A DNA stretch of 64,000 nt from an uncultured candidate division Zixibacteria bacterium (GTDB taxonomy: Bacteria > Zixibacteria > MSB-5A5 > UBA10806 > 4484-95). The position numbers were made by a program, and so were the translations under genes. The notes beneath the pieces were generated by a model. It made no database searches, was not told where the DNA came from, and saw nothing but the letters and a program-made list of their open reading frames with translations. The stretch is from NCBI GenBank assembly GCA_963668625.2, contig CAXXKA010000003.1, positions 1 to 64,000 on the forward strand, written 5' to 3'. Shown here piece by piece: positions 30,494 to 39,762 of the stretch (the first letter of the stretch is position 1; each line of letters begins with the position of its first letter).

Positions 30494-33400
30494 ATGAGGC
30501 AACTTGGCATTTTAGCTGTGGGGATTTTTCTTATTTGCTCATCTGCTTCCGCATCAGATTTGATTATTTCTGATCAGACAAGCGGTATAGAAACAAACTT
30601 CATAACAAATAATCAAACGCAGCTAACTTTTACTATTGGCCAATTGACGACTATGGTCAATGACTTTGGCACAGAATTAGAGTTGCCGGATGAGTTCGCG
30701 ATAGGCAGAGGATATATCCCGGGGCCGAATAAAACCCTGTTGCCATCATATTCATCGCTTTTACTCATTCCCGAAAACGCGAAGCTTTCAGTAACGGTTG
30801 TCAACTCCAGCTATACCGATATCGAGAATATCAACCTCTCTCAAGCCTCGGAGGAAGATCAAAAGTGGCTCAATGAAGATATCGTAACTGCCAATGATGG
30901 ATTTTATCCGCAAAGCCTGGCCGAATTCGAATACGCCGGCAAAATGCGTGATGTCAATCTCGGCAGATTGGTTATAAGGCCTGTTCAGTATGATATCTCC
31001 ACTAAGACGCTCAGGGTTTACCATCAAGTGGATTTACAGGTTGATTACTCCGGAGGAGATATACTGCCCGCTAATTCCGAGGTCAGTGAAGCTTTTTATC
31101 CTATTTATCAATCCATTGCTTTAAACAGCGAACTGGTAGAGAACGTTCAGCAACGCCGTGGCGCTTACTGGATTATCGTTCCATCGAATTACGAAAACAA
31201 TATAAGTGAATATGTCAATTGGCAGAAAGCAAAAGGATATTATGTAAAGGTAATCTCGACATCGGAAATCAGCTCCAATCCGAATTATTCACAGGTTAAG
31301 AGTTTTATTATATCCGAATACAATAATGCTGTGATGAAACCGGACTATATTTGCTTAATCGGGGATGTCAGTACCAGTTCGGGTGTTGATACCTATTCTT
31401 ACGGCAATCCTTTCGGTTTCGGTTACCTCGATTCCGATAATTATTACTCTTTCTTGCTGGGCAATGATTATTTCCCGGATGTTTTCGTGGGACGAATCTC
31501 AGTGGCTAATACTAACGATCTGGCTTATTATATGAACAAGTTCTTTCAATACGAACGCAATCCATATATGGATGATACCAATTGGTACCTGTATTCGACA
31601 ATGGTTGCCGGAGGCGTTAACGACTGGTTCTATTCGCAGAGGCGTACGAAACTATGGGTAAGGGAGATGCTTCGACGCCACCATTACACCGATGTTGACA
31701 CTTTTTTCTCTACCCAATACGATGAACCCACCACAAACGAGATTAACGCCTCTATAAACAGAGGTATGACATTCGTGAACTACCGTGGTTACGGTATGAC
31801 AGAGGGCTGGAGTTCGCCATACTATACGACCGGAAATATAGCACAGCTTTCGAACGGTCCGCGCTATGGAATCATGACCTCCATCGTTTGTGGTACCGGT
31901 GATTACAACGATTACTCCTTATGTCTGGGCGAGGCCTGGATTCGCTATAGCAATCGAGGCGGCCCCGGATTCATTGGCACCTCTAATCATGACAGCCATA
32001 CCAAATGGAATAATGCTATCGATACCGGTATATACTGGGGATTGTTCGAGGAAGGCACTTTTGGCCTGGCTCAATGCCAGCTGATGGGCAAATTAAATAT
32101 GTATAATGCCTTTCCCGAGGAGCAGTATACCGGAGGCAGGGTAGAGTCGTATTTTAACAGCTATAACGATCTTGGCGATCCCTCGTTGATGCTCTGGACA
32201 GGCGTACCGAATGATATGATTGTGTCTCACGAGGAATCTGTACCGTTGGGCAGCGCCGGATTTATTGTAAGTGTCACGGATGGTTACGATCAGCCTGTTC
32301 GTAACGCTTACGTTTGCCTCTGGAAAGGCGATGAAATATTCGAGGGCATGTTCACGGACGCCAACGGTCATGCCGGTTTTCAGGTCGATTTCATAACCAG
32401 CGGTTCGATGCATCTGACAGTTACCAAGGCAACCTACATACCGTATGAGGCCAATGTCGACGTTTATAATGCCAATATCGCGGTGGGTGTCAGTAACTAC
32501 GCTATTGATGACGATAACAATGGTAATTCGGAAGGTAACGGCGATCTGATCGCCAACCCGATGGAGACAATCGAGTTTACGGCTCACCTGAAAAATTTCG
32601 GCAGCTCGGAAACCTCGATGAACGTTGTCGGTGAACTTATCTCGGATGATCCGCATGTTCAGGTAACTACCAGCGAGGTTAGTTACGGCAATATCGCTCC
32701 CGGCGATTCGAGCCTGGGTGATCAAACATACGTGATACAAGTCAATGCCGATGCCATGAACGATTTGCATGCGGAATTGAATTTGCATATCTCCGATGAT
32801 GGCGGGAATAACTGGCAGAATTTCATCTTCCTACCGATCTCCGCGGTACATTGTCAGGTTAATTCGACAACCATACAGAATGATGGTAACAGTAACGGAA
32901 TGATCGACCGTGGTGAAGTCGGCGAACTCGTGCTGGAGATCGAGAATGTCGGCGCTGTGGATGGACAATCGATAACCGCCATGCTCAGCACCGAGGATTC
33001 GCTGGTGACTGTCACCGATGCCGACGGCGCTTTCGGTGATATCGATATCGATGGTTCAGGTACTAACCAGTCGAACCCATTTGAGATTTCCACGTTGCCG
33101 TTGATTTACGACGGTCATGATATCGAATTCACCCTGACTCTGACCTGTGCCTCGGGACAAACTCAGGATATAGAATTCACGCTGAGTGTCGGAGATTACG
33201 ATAATGACGATCCAATCGGGCCGGATGAATACGGCTATTATTGTTTCGATAACAGCGATACCGACTATCTTTTCCATCCCACATTCGAATGGATACCGTA
33301 TGAATCATCCTGGGAAACGGTAGGCATCGGTGATGATGAAATTTACACCAAGACACTACCGTTTAATGTTACTTATTACGGACGGACATTCGCCTCGTTC

Positions 33401-34189
33401 AGTATTAGTGATAACGGTTATATTGCGATGGGCAGCACCTGGTGGGGCAATTTCCTTAACACGAATATACCATCTCCGCAATGTGCCAACGGCATGATAG
33501 CTCCTTTCTGGGATGACTTGAGTTCGACCGGCTACGATAACCCGCCGCCTTTCGTCGTTCGTTATCATTACGATGAGGCTAACGGCAGGTTGATAGTTTG
33601 CTGGGATAATATCAGGAGCAATGAGACCTTCGGGTATCAGGATTTCGAAATTATCATTCTCGATACCGCCATGTGGCCAACACGCACCGGCGATAATGAT
33701 ATCATTTTCATGTACAACTCGGTTAACGGTCCTCAATCTGCTTCTGTCGGCATTGTCAGTCCGGATAGAACGGATGGTATCGAATACGTTTTCAATAATG
33801 ATTATAATGACGGCGCAACCACGCTAGCTGATGAGCTGTCGATCAAATTCACCACCGGCAGTTCGTATATGGTCTCGATCGAGGGTGATGATATGGAATC
33901 GAGCTTGCCCGGCGAGATAAGCCTGCATCAGAATTATCCCAACCCATTCAACCCGACTACCAATATCAGCTACCAGCTTTCGGAATCGGGTGACATTAGT
34001 CTTGATATCTACGATGTCCTGGGCAGGAAAGTCATTTCTCTGGTAGATGAGCATCAAGCCCCCGGCACTTATACCGTGGCATGGCATGCGAATGATTCGA
34101 AAGAGCAGCCAGTTGCCGCCGGGATTTATTTCTATAAGCTCAATACCGGCGATAAAGAATTCGTAAAGAAGATGCTGCTTGTTAAGTAG
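30494..34189 (+). CDS. Secreted gingipain-like (peptidase C25) multidomain protein with T9SS-type/FlgD-Ig C-terminal domain
   Basis: Signal peptide and propeptide-like region; CLIGD, PDVFVGRIS, SIVC and LGDPSL motifs; terminal LHQNYPNPFNPTT...GIYFYKL...KKMLLVK. Confidence 0.88.
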   Translation: MRQLGILAVGIFLICSSASASDLIISDQTSGIETNFITNNQTQLTFTIGQLTTMVNDFGTELELPDEFAIGRGYIPGPNKTLLPSYSSLLLIPENAKLSVTVVNSSYTDIENINLSQASEEDQKWLNEDIVTANDGFYPQSLAEFEYAGKMRDVNLGRLVIRPVQYDISTKTLRVYHQVDLQVDYSGGDILPANSEVSEAFYPIYQSIALNSELVENVQQRRGAYWIIVPSNYENNISEYVNWQKAKGYYVKVISTSEISSNPNYSQVKSFIISEYNNAVMKPDYICLIGDVSTSSGVDTYSYGNPFGFGYLDSDNYYSFLLGNDYFPDVFVGRISVANTNDLAYYMNKFFQYERNPYMDDTNWYLYSTMVAGGVNDWFYSQRRTKLWVREMLRRHHYTDVDTFFSTQYDEPTTNEINASINRGMTFVNYRGYGMTEGWSSPYYTTGNIAQLSNGPRYGIMTSIVCGTGDYNDYSLCLGEAWIRYSNRGGPGFIGTSNHDSHTKWNNAIDTGIYWGLFEEGTFGLAQCQLMGKLNMYNAFPEEQYTGGRVESYFNSYNDLGDPSLMLWTGVPNDMIVSHEESVPLGSAGFIVSVTDGYDQPVRNAYVCLWKGDEIFEGMFTDANGHAGFQVDFITSGSMHLTVTKATYIPYEANVDVYNANIAVGVSNYAIDDDNNGNSEGNGDLIANPMETIEFTAHLKNFGSSETSMNVVGELISDDPHVQVTTSEVSYGNIAPGDSSLGDQTYVIQVNADAMNDLHAELNLHISDDGGNNWQNFIFLPISAVHCQVNSTTIQNDGNSNGMIDRGEVGELVLEIENVGAVDGQSITAMLSTEDSLVTVTDADGAFGDIDIDGSGTNQSNPFEISTLPLIYDGHDIEFTLTLTCASGQTQDIEFTLSVGDYDNDDPIGPDEYGYYCFDNSDTDYLFHPTFEWIPYESSWETVGIGDDEIYTKTLPFNVTYYGRTFASFSISDNGYIAMGSTWWGNFLNTNIPSPQCANGMIAPFWDDLSSTGYDNPPPFVVRYHYDEANGRLIVCWDNIRSNETFGYQDFEIIILDTAMWPTRTGDNDIIFMYNSVNGPQSASVGIVSPDRTDGIEYVFNNDYNDGATTLADELSIKFTTGSSYMVSIEGDDMESSLPGEISLHQNYPNPFNPTTNISYQLSESGDISLDIYDVLGRKVISLVDEHQAPGTYTVAWHANDSKEQPVAAGIYFYKLNTGDKEFVKKMLLVK

Positions 34190-34215
34190 CCGGCAAAAGA
34201 CAGTATATTGTTTCT

Positions 34216-34248
34216 AATAGGGGTGTTCGATCGAACGCCCCTATTTTT
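34216..34248 (+). terminator. Rho-independent terminator
   Basis: AATAGGGGTGTTCGA-TCGAACGCCCCTATT followed by Ts. Confidence 0.8.
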
Positions 34249-34300
34249 ATTGATATCAAAAACACCGGTTTGCCGTTGTGTGTTTGCCTGAGGCGGAAAG
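34247..34300 (+). repeat. Terminator-adjacent repeat family C, degenerate partial copy
   Basis: TTATTGATATCAAAAACACCGGTTTGCC resembles the start of the copies at 57107 (+) and 47266 (-). Confidence 0.55.
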
Positions 34301-34494
34301 TTTTAAAAATCTCCGGAAATTTGGAACCGGTGAGGGTCTACTCGAGCCGCCGGGATAATTCCCGCCGCCGCCACCCGTGGCGATTTACTGCCAAGTACCA
34401 AAATAATCGTAACATCTAACGTCAAGAGCCTTAGAATATAAATAATTGGGACAATCGCTATAGAATAAATATTGTTAAGATTAAGTACAACGCC

Positions 34495-34523
34495 TTGACA
34501 TCCGATTTAACTCAACATATAAT
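34495..34523 (+). promoter_or_regulatory. Consensus sigma70 promoter of pfkA
   Basis: Perfect TTGACA-17 nt-TATAAT. Confidence 0.85.
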
Positions 34524-34543
34524 TCGGGATTATGGGAGGAAAG

Positions 34544-35512
34544 ATGTCAGCAGTTAAGCGAATTGGATTGTTAACCTCAGGCGGCGATGCCCCGGGGATG
34601 AACCCCAGTGTTCGAGCGGTCGTCCACGAGGCGGAAAATCAGGGAATAGAGGTAGTGGCGTTCAAGCGCGGTTACGCCGGGCTTCTGGATGATGACAGTT
34701 TTGTTATGACCACCAAGCATACGGGCGGTATTATTAGTCGCGGCGGCACGGTACTTCTTACTGCCAGATGCGAGGATTTCAAATACGAGGAGGGCCAGAA
34801 AGAGGGCCTGGCAAACCTGTATAAACATGAATGCGACGGCCTGGTGGTTATAGGTGGGGATGGATCATTCCGCGGCGCTCAGGCGATCTCAGATCGGGGA
34901 GTTCAGGTAATCGGCATACCCGGCACGATAGATAACGATATATACGGTACTGATATGTCATTAGGAGCGGACTCTTCGCTTAACAATATAATCGAGGTTG
35001 TGGATAAAATTAAGGACACCGCCTCCTCTCATGACCGCACTTTTATCATCGAAACTATGGGGCGTGGCTCGGGTTATCTGGCTTTGATGAGCGCGATAGC
35101 TACCGGCGCAGAGGCGGCATTGATCCCCGAGGTGAACTACGACCTAGAGGCTATTGCCGAGCGTATCAAAGGCAGGTACAAAGCCGGTAAAATCAGCAAT
35201 ATCATAATAGTGGCCGAGGGAGCAACTACGGCATATCATGTCGGCAGACAGCTTTCGAGAATCGCAAATATATCATCGAAAATAACCGTACTGGGACATC
35301 TGCAGAGAGGCGGTTCACCTTCCGCGTTCGACAGGATACTCGGCTCCAGCCTGGGCTCGGCGGCTGTCCATCGCTTGATGGATGGCGTTTCCAATTCGAT
35401 GCTCGGCCAAATTAACGGCAAGGTAGAGGTTACCAGTTTTGATGAAGTATTCCGTAATAAAAAAGAACTAGGTTCATGGTTGATTAACCTGGCCGAGGTG
35501 CTCGGACGCTAA
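34544..35512 (+). CDS. pfkA: ATP-dependent 6-phosphofructokinase
   Basis: TSGGDAPGMN, GGDGS, PGTIDND, ETMGR and LGHLQRGG motifs. ATG 34544 follows GGGAGG (the ORF track starts at 34532). Confidence 0.96.
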   Translation: MSAVKRIGLLTSGGDAPGMNPSVRAVVHEAENQGIEVVAFKRGYAGLLDDDSFVMTTKHTGGIISRGGTVLLTARCEDFKYEEGQKEGLANLYKHECDGLVVIGGDGSFRGAQAISDRGVQVIGIPGTIDNDIYGTDMSLGADSSLNNIIEVVDKIKDTASSHDRTFIIETMGRGSGYLALMSAIATGAEAALIPEVNYDLEAIAERIKGRYKAGKISNIIIVAEGATTAYHVGRQLSRIANISSKITVLGHLQRGGSPSAFDRILGSSLGSAAVHRLMDGVSNSMLGQINGKVEVTSFDEVFRNKKELGSWLINLAEVLGR

Positions 35513-35983
35513 GCGAATCTCTATCCTTTAAATATAACCTATACTAATAGCTGTTAATTCTGATGCTATTTTTTTTACTCGAAAAAAAATAAAATCAATG
35601 TAAAATATTACTTGCATTAAAAATCTGGTATGCTATATTGGAATTGTATCAAATACTAGCGCAAATGCAAATTAGGAGTAACGAGACTTATCTGAGCATA
35701 GCTATTTTTTGTACTTTCTGAAAAGATAATCTGAGAAAAAGCTTAATATAATTGAGTGCCATGTGTTATTAGAATTTGCGAATTCCGATGGGAATATCGT
35801 TTGGGCAAGCAGTTTGAAATAATAAATAAGGTATGGGGAAATGAGTGAACGAGAAAGAGCGAAATCAAATATCATGATACTTTTCAGGATTGTCGAAAAT
35901 AATCAGGATGGGATTAATATGTCATGTTGCTATATGTAGTACACCAAGTATTTCGATAAAATAAAAAATGAAAAGAGGAGCAA

Positions 35984-37879
35984 GTGACAATGAGAGGTGT
36001 TTCAAATCTCAATTCACATCAAATACTGGGCTTTATTCTGGCATTAATAATTCCTGAACTATGCTCTATTGCGATAGCCTCGCCACCGCAAATAGATCCA
36101 GATAATGAATTCGTTCTTAAATCAAATTGCATTTATGAGAGTTTCCAGGAAACCCTGAAGGTGATCGATACGGATGGTGACTATATCTCTGTTAACTCTA
36201 CTTTAGGGGACATAATCAATACACAATTTTATGTGGATATTGACGGTGTCGGCCATTGGGAAGGCTACTTATCTTTCGACAAAACGACGATTTGTGATGA
36301 AAGATCGATTACCGATTTGATTATCAGCGCGGATGATCTTCTGGGTGGTGTCGATACGCTCGACTACGGGGAGATTTACCTGCTCGGCCGAATCGATTTT
36401 TCTATGGGAGCTAATTATTTGTATCCTGGCGGTACCGCCGCCATCCCCATATACATTAATACTTTCGATTGTTTCGAGATGGGAGGATTCTCGGTGACTT
36501 TCGAATCTGATCCAGAATTGTTCAATGTTGTTGATGTTTATCCGGGAAATCTGATAAGGCCATATGGACTGTATTTCGTATGGGATGGCGATCCAAACGA
36601 TGAGGGTATAGATAAACTGATTTTTATTGCCGAACCCGAATCGACTTTAACCGGTATCCCTCGCGATCAACCGGTTGCTTATTTCGAATTGGCTATACTG
36701 CCCGATGCGCCCGTTACTTTCGACTCGACTTACTCGGTCTGTTTCTATGATGGGGAACCCCATGGCACCTACAATGCGGTTGCCGATAAATCAGGTTTGA
36801 CTACATGGTACGAAACCGGCTGTGAATCGGATGATATGGGTATGAAGACCGAATGCGGAGAGTTGACAGTAGTCGAATGGCCGCTGGATTTAGGAGATAT
36901 TAACCTGAATGGTTTTCCATATGAAACGGGGGATATGGCACTAGCTCATAACGCAATTAAGGATATGATTACCTATCCGTTGAGTAACCGACAATGGCAT
37001 AATGGCGATATCGATGAAGACGGTAAGCCTCTTACCATACGCGATATGTTCAGTATTATCGAGGGGATAAATGGTGTAGGCAATCCGGGGGATCCGTTAC
37101 CGTTTACCTATAGCTATAATCCCGATAACGATACGATCTTGATCGAATCCGTTACCCTGGCGCCCGGAGATCAGTTCAACCTTCCGATGTATATGATAAA
37201 CCACGATACATTGTTCGATTTCCAGGTCAATTTCGATATCGACACCAGCATATTGGTAATCGATTCGCTGGTGTTTACCGGTGAGGTGGAGATGACTTAT
37301 ACTAATCCTCCCGAGGCATACCATATGCTGTCATACGATTTTGATAACGCTATTACTCCCGAGTACTATAATCATTTCATAGCTCCCGGCAATTATCATC
37401 TTTGTGATATATATGGGAATGTTAAAGCTAATGTAGTAACTCCGGGAGTTACCTCGATAACTATGACGGATCAGACTACAAACGGAACTTATACCGGCTG
37501 TGTTTGCGCGGAGTTTTTCGAGCCGGTCATAATAAATTCGACCATCAATATTGACGGGGGAGGGTATGCTTATTTACCCGGTGATGTCAATATGTACTAT
37601 GCTACGTGGCCGCCTCAAACCCTGGGCAATGATGTAACCTACCTGGTGAACTATTTCCGGGGATTTGAAAGCTCGTATCCATGTATGCTTAACGGCTTAT
37701 TTGCCTCGGCAGATATTAACGGTGACTGCCAGGTTATCGGTAGTGATGTTACTTTATTGGTTAATTATTTCCGGGCAATTGCTGAGATATTATATTGTGA
37801 AGACTATCAGCCGATATGGCTATCCGAGGATGATCTGCCTGCGGAGATGCCGAATGGCTGGCCAAGTTGTGAGGAGTAA
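35984..37879 (+). CDS. Secreted protein with putative cohesin-like domains, an internal dockerin-like repeat and a C-terminal dockerin-like module
   Basis: N-terminal hydrophobic signal. Cohesin-like segments PGGTAAIPIYI..GGFSVTF and ESVTLAPGDQFNLPMY..FQVNFDID. Internal GDINLNG..GD..GDIDEDG..RD. Tail paralogous to that of 3017..4846. Confidence 0.72.
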   Translation: MTMRGVSNLNSHQILGFILALIIPELCSIAIASPPQIDPDNEFVLKSNCIYESFQETLKVIDTDGDYISVNSTLGDIINTQFYVDIDGVGHWEGYLSFDKTTICDERSITDLIISADDLLGGVDTLDYGEIYLLGRIDFSMGANYLYPGGTAAIPIYINTFDCFEMGGFSVTFESDPELFNVVDVYPGNLIRPYGLYFVWDGDPNDEGIDKLIFIAEPESTLTGIPRDQPVAYFELAILPDAPVTFDSTYSVCFYDGEPHGTYNAVADKSGLTTWYETGCESDDMGMKTECGELTVVEWPLDLGDINLNGFPYETGDMALAHNAIKDMITYPLSNRQWHNGDIDEDGKPLTIRDMFSIIEGINGVGNPGDPLPFTYSYNPDNDTILIESVTLAPGDQFNLPMYMINHDTLFDFQVNFDIDTSILVIDSLVFTGEVEMTYTNPPEAYHMLSYDFDNAITPEYYNHFIAPGNYHLCDIYGNVKANVVTPGVTSITMTDQTTNGTYTGCVCAEFFEPVIINSTINIDGGGYAYLPGDVNMYYATWPPQTLGNDVTYLVNYFRGFESSYPCMLNGLFASADINGDCQVIGSDVTLLVNYFRAIAEILYCEDYQPIWLSEDDLPAEMPNGWPSCEE

Positions 37880-37905
37880 TTCTCACTTTCACCATGCTTG
37901 AAGCC

Positions 37906-37939
37906 GATAGAGGGTGGTTAAATGAAACCGCCCTCTATC
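37906..37939 (+). terminator. Stem-loop / probable terminator
   Basis: GATAGAGGGTGGTT...AACCGCCCTCTATC. Confidence 0.65.
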
Positions 37940-38016
37940 AAATTAAATCATCTCAAGCGCATATTTAAACTAATTGAAGCTGGCATTTGCCCAATATTAT
38001 ATAATAAGATTTATAT

Positions 38017-38270
38017 CACTATTGTCCGGTCTTTCCATCTCGTTGCGAAGCGCTACTTGGCAACGTGGCCTGTTTGCCGGCAGAATGCGCACTCTACATG
38101 ATTCAAGAAGGTTTCCAGGCAGCGCTTGGAAACCAGGAAACTAAGCCTGACATCGGCAGGATATGTCAGGATGAATGATACGCTGACCTTATGATTATAT
38201 AGAAAAATAATTCTTATCAACGATTCCCGGAGGAATTAAACATTTAATTGAAAAACACCTGGCAATAGTG
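38017..38270 (+). mobile_element. MITE family A, copy 1 (254 bp)
   Basis: Ends CACTATTGTCCGGT / ACCTGGCAATAGTG. Homologous over its full length to the reverse complement of 42270-42524. Confidence 0.85.
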
Positions 38271-38480
38271 ATGAGAAATAATTAATGATATCTGAAATTA
38301 TTGGATATTTATCGAGTATAAATCAAAAAAAACGGTAAATCGAAACCGGTAAACGGTAAAAGTTGTTGCAATATTATTGATAATTAGATAAATCAATGTT
38401 AACCGGTCTTTAAAAACACCGATATCTTTGATGAAACTGGCAAATGCAATCTCTTTTGTCTTTAAATTTCTGGAGGGAAA

Positions 38481-39479
38481 ATGAGCGTTAAAGTAGGTAT
38501 TAATGGATTCGGGAGAATTGGTCGATTGGTGTTTCGTGCTGCAATGAATGATCCCGATATCGAATTTGTCGCGGTTAATGATATTACCGATGCCAAAACA
38601 CTGGCTCATCTTTTAAAATATGATTCGATACATGGCGTCCTGGGCGTTGATGTTAAAGTCGAGGGTGATGGTTTCTCGGTTGGTGGCAAGCATGTTAAGG
38701 TAACCGCTGAGCGTGATCCCGCCAAACTACCGTGGAAAGAACTCGGCGTGACAGTCGTGCTGGAATGCACCGGCCTGTTTAAAGATAAAGACACGGCAGG
38801 CAAACATATAACGGCCGGCGCTAAAAAGGTGCTGATCTCCGCTCCTGGCAAAAATATCGATGGCACTTTCGTGCGCGGCGTGAATTTCGATAGCTATGAC
38901 GCCTCCAAGCATGATATCGTATCCATCGGGTCGTGCACTACCAATTGTCTCGCGCCTATTACCAAGGTTATCAACGATACATTCGGTATTAAGCGCGGCT
39001 TGATGACCACGATCCATTCCTACACTAACGGTCAGCGTATTATCGACGCCCCGCATAAGGATCTTCGCCGTGCCCGTGCCGCGGCTATGTCGATGATTCC
39101 GACGACAACCGGCGCTGCTAAGGCAATTGCCGAGGTTATCCCGGCGGTGAAAGGAAAGCTGGATGGCTGCGCTATCCGCGTACCTACCCCTGATGGTTCG
39201 ATCGTTGATCTGACAGCCGAGTTGGAGAAGGATGTCACCAAAGAGGAACTCAACGGCGCTATTAAGAAAGCCGCCGAAGGCCCGATGAAAGGTGTACTCG
39301 AATATACCGAGGACCCGATTGTCTCGGCTGATATCATTCACAACTCGCACTCATCTATTTTCGATGGCCTGGCTACGATGGTCACCCAGGGTAATATGGT
39401 GAAAGTGTTCTCCTGGTACGATAATGAATGGGGATTCTCCAATCGCATGGTTGATATGCTCAAAAAACTGGGCCAGTAG
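38481..39479 (+). CDS. gap: Glyceraldehyde-3-phosphate dehydrogenase type I
   Basis: GINGFGRIGR, SCTTNCLAP, TTTGAAKA and WYDNEWGFS motifs. Confidence 0.98.
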   Translation: MSVKVGINGFGRIGRLVFRAAMNDPDIEFVAVNDITDAKTLAHLLKYDSIHGVLGVDVKVEGDGFSVGGKHVKVTAERDPAKLPWKELGVTVVLECTGLFKDKDTAGKHITAGAKKVLISAPGKNIDGTFVRGVNFDSYDASKHDIVSIGSCTTNCLAPITKVINDTFGIKRGLMTTIHSYTNGQRIIDAPHKDLRRARAAAMSMIPTTTGAAKAIAEVIPAVKGKLDGCAIRVPTPDGSIVDLTAELEKDVTKEELNGAIKKAAEGPMKGVLEYTEDPIVSADIIHNSHSSIFDGLATMVTQGNMVKVFSWYDNEWGFSNRMVDMLKKLGQ

Positions 39480-39501
39480 AATATAAGAAAGATTATTATT
39501 C

Positions 39502-39530
39502 AACGCCGGGTGATATCATCCGGCGTTTTT
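39502..39530 (+). terminator. Rho-independent terminator
   Basis: AACGCCGGGTGAT-ATCATCCGGCGTT followed by Ts. Confidence 0.75.
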
Positions 39531-39585
39531 CATTTATGCTGCGAGGATCATCGTGAAATGCAGCTCATCCGTATAACACTTCCTC

Positions 39586-39613
39586 TGTCATCCCGGACTC
39601 GATCCGAGATTCA
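39586..39613. repeat. Single REP-like palindrome
   Basis: TGTCATCCCGGACTCGATCCGAGATTCA resembles GTCATCCCGG-type extragenic palindromes. Only one copy in the window. Confidence 0.4.
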
Positions 39614-39762
39614 GCATTGGGGAGGGGATGGGGCATTAAAAGTAATCTGGATGCTTATACTAAAAAATGAGAAAATCCCAAAATCATATTTCATTAAAAA
39701 TAATATCATCATACCTAAAAAAATACTGGAACTAAAGCCGTTGTTTGTGATAGAATTTCATC

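Noticed and set aside
34323-34399. tRNA-Sec, SRP RNA or 6S RNA
   Set aside because: No UCA anticodon arm, T-loop or SRP helix-8 motif, and too short for 6S. Kept only as an unexplained segment.
35640-35980. Riboswitch in the long leader of the cohesin/dockerin-like gene
   Set aside because: AT-rich, with no recognisable aptamer consensus or terminator.
4541-37879. Diversity-generating retroelement (TR/VR) between the similar C-terminal modules
   Set aside because: Both copies are coding, differences are not adenine-specific, and there is no reverse transcriptase in the window.
38915-38960. GAPDH active site reads IGSCTTNC instead of NASCTTNC
   Set aside because: The catalytic Cys and all other motifs are intact; probably lineage variation.
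38727-39350. Long antisense ORFs (207 aa opposite gap; 231 aa at 32093..32788)
   Set aside because: Shadow frames of well-supported genes.
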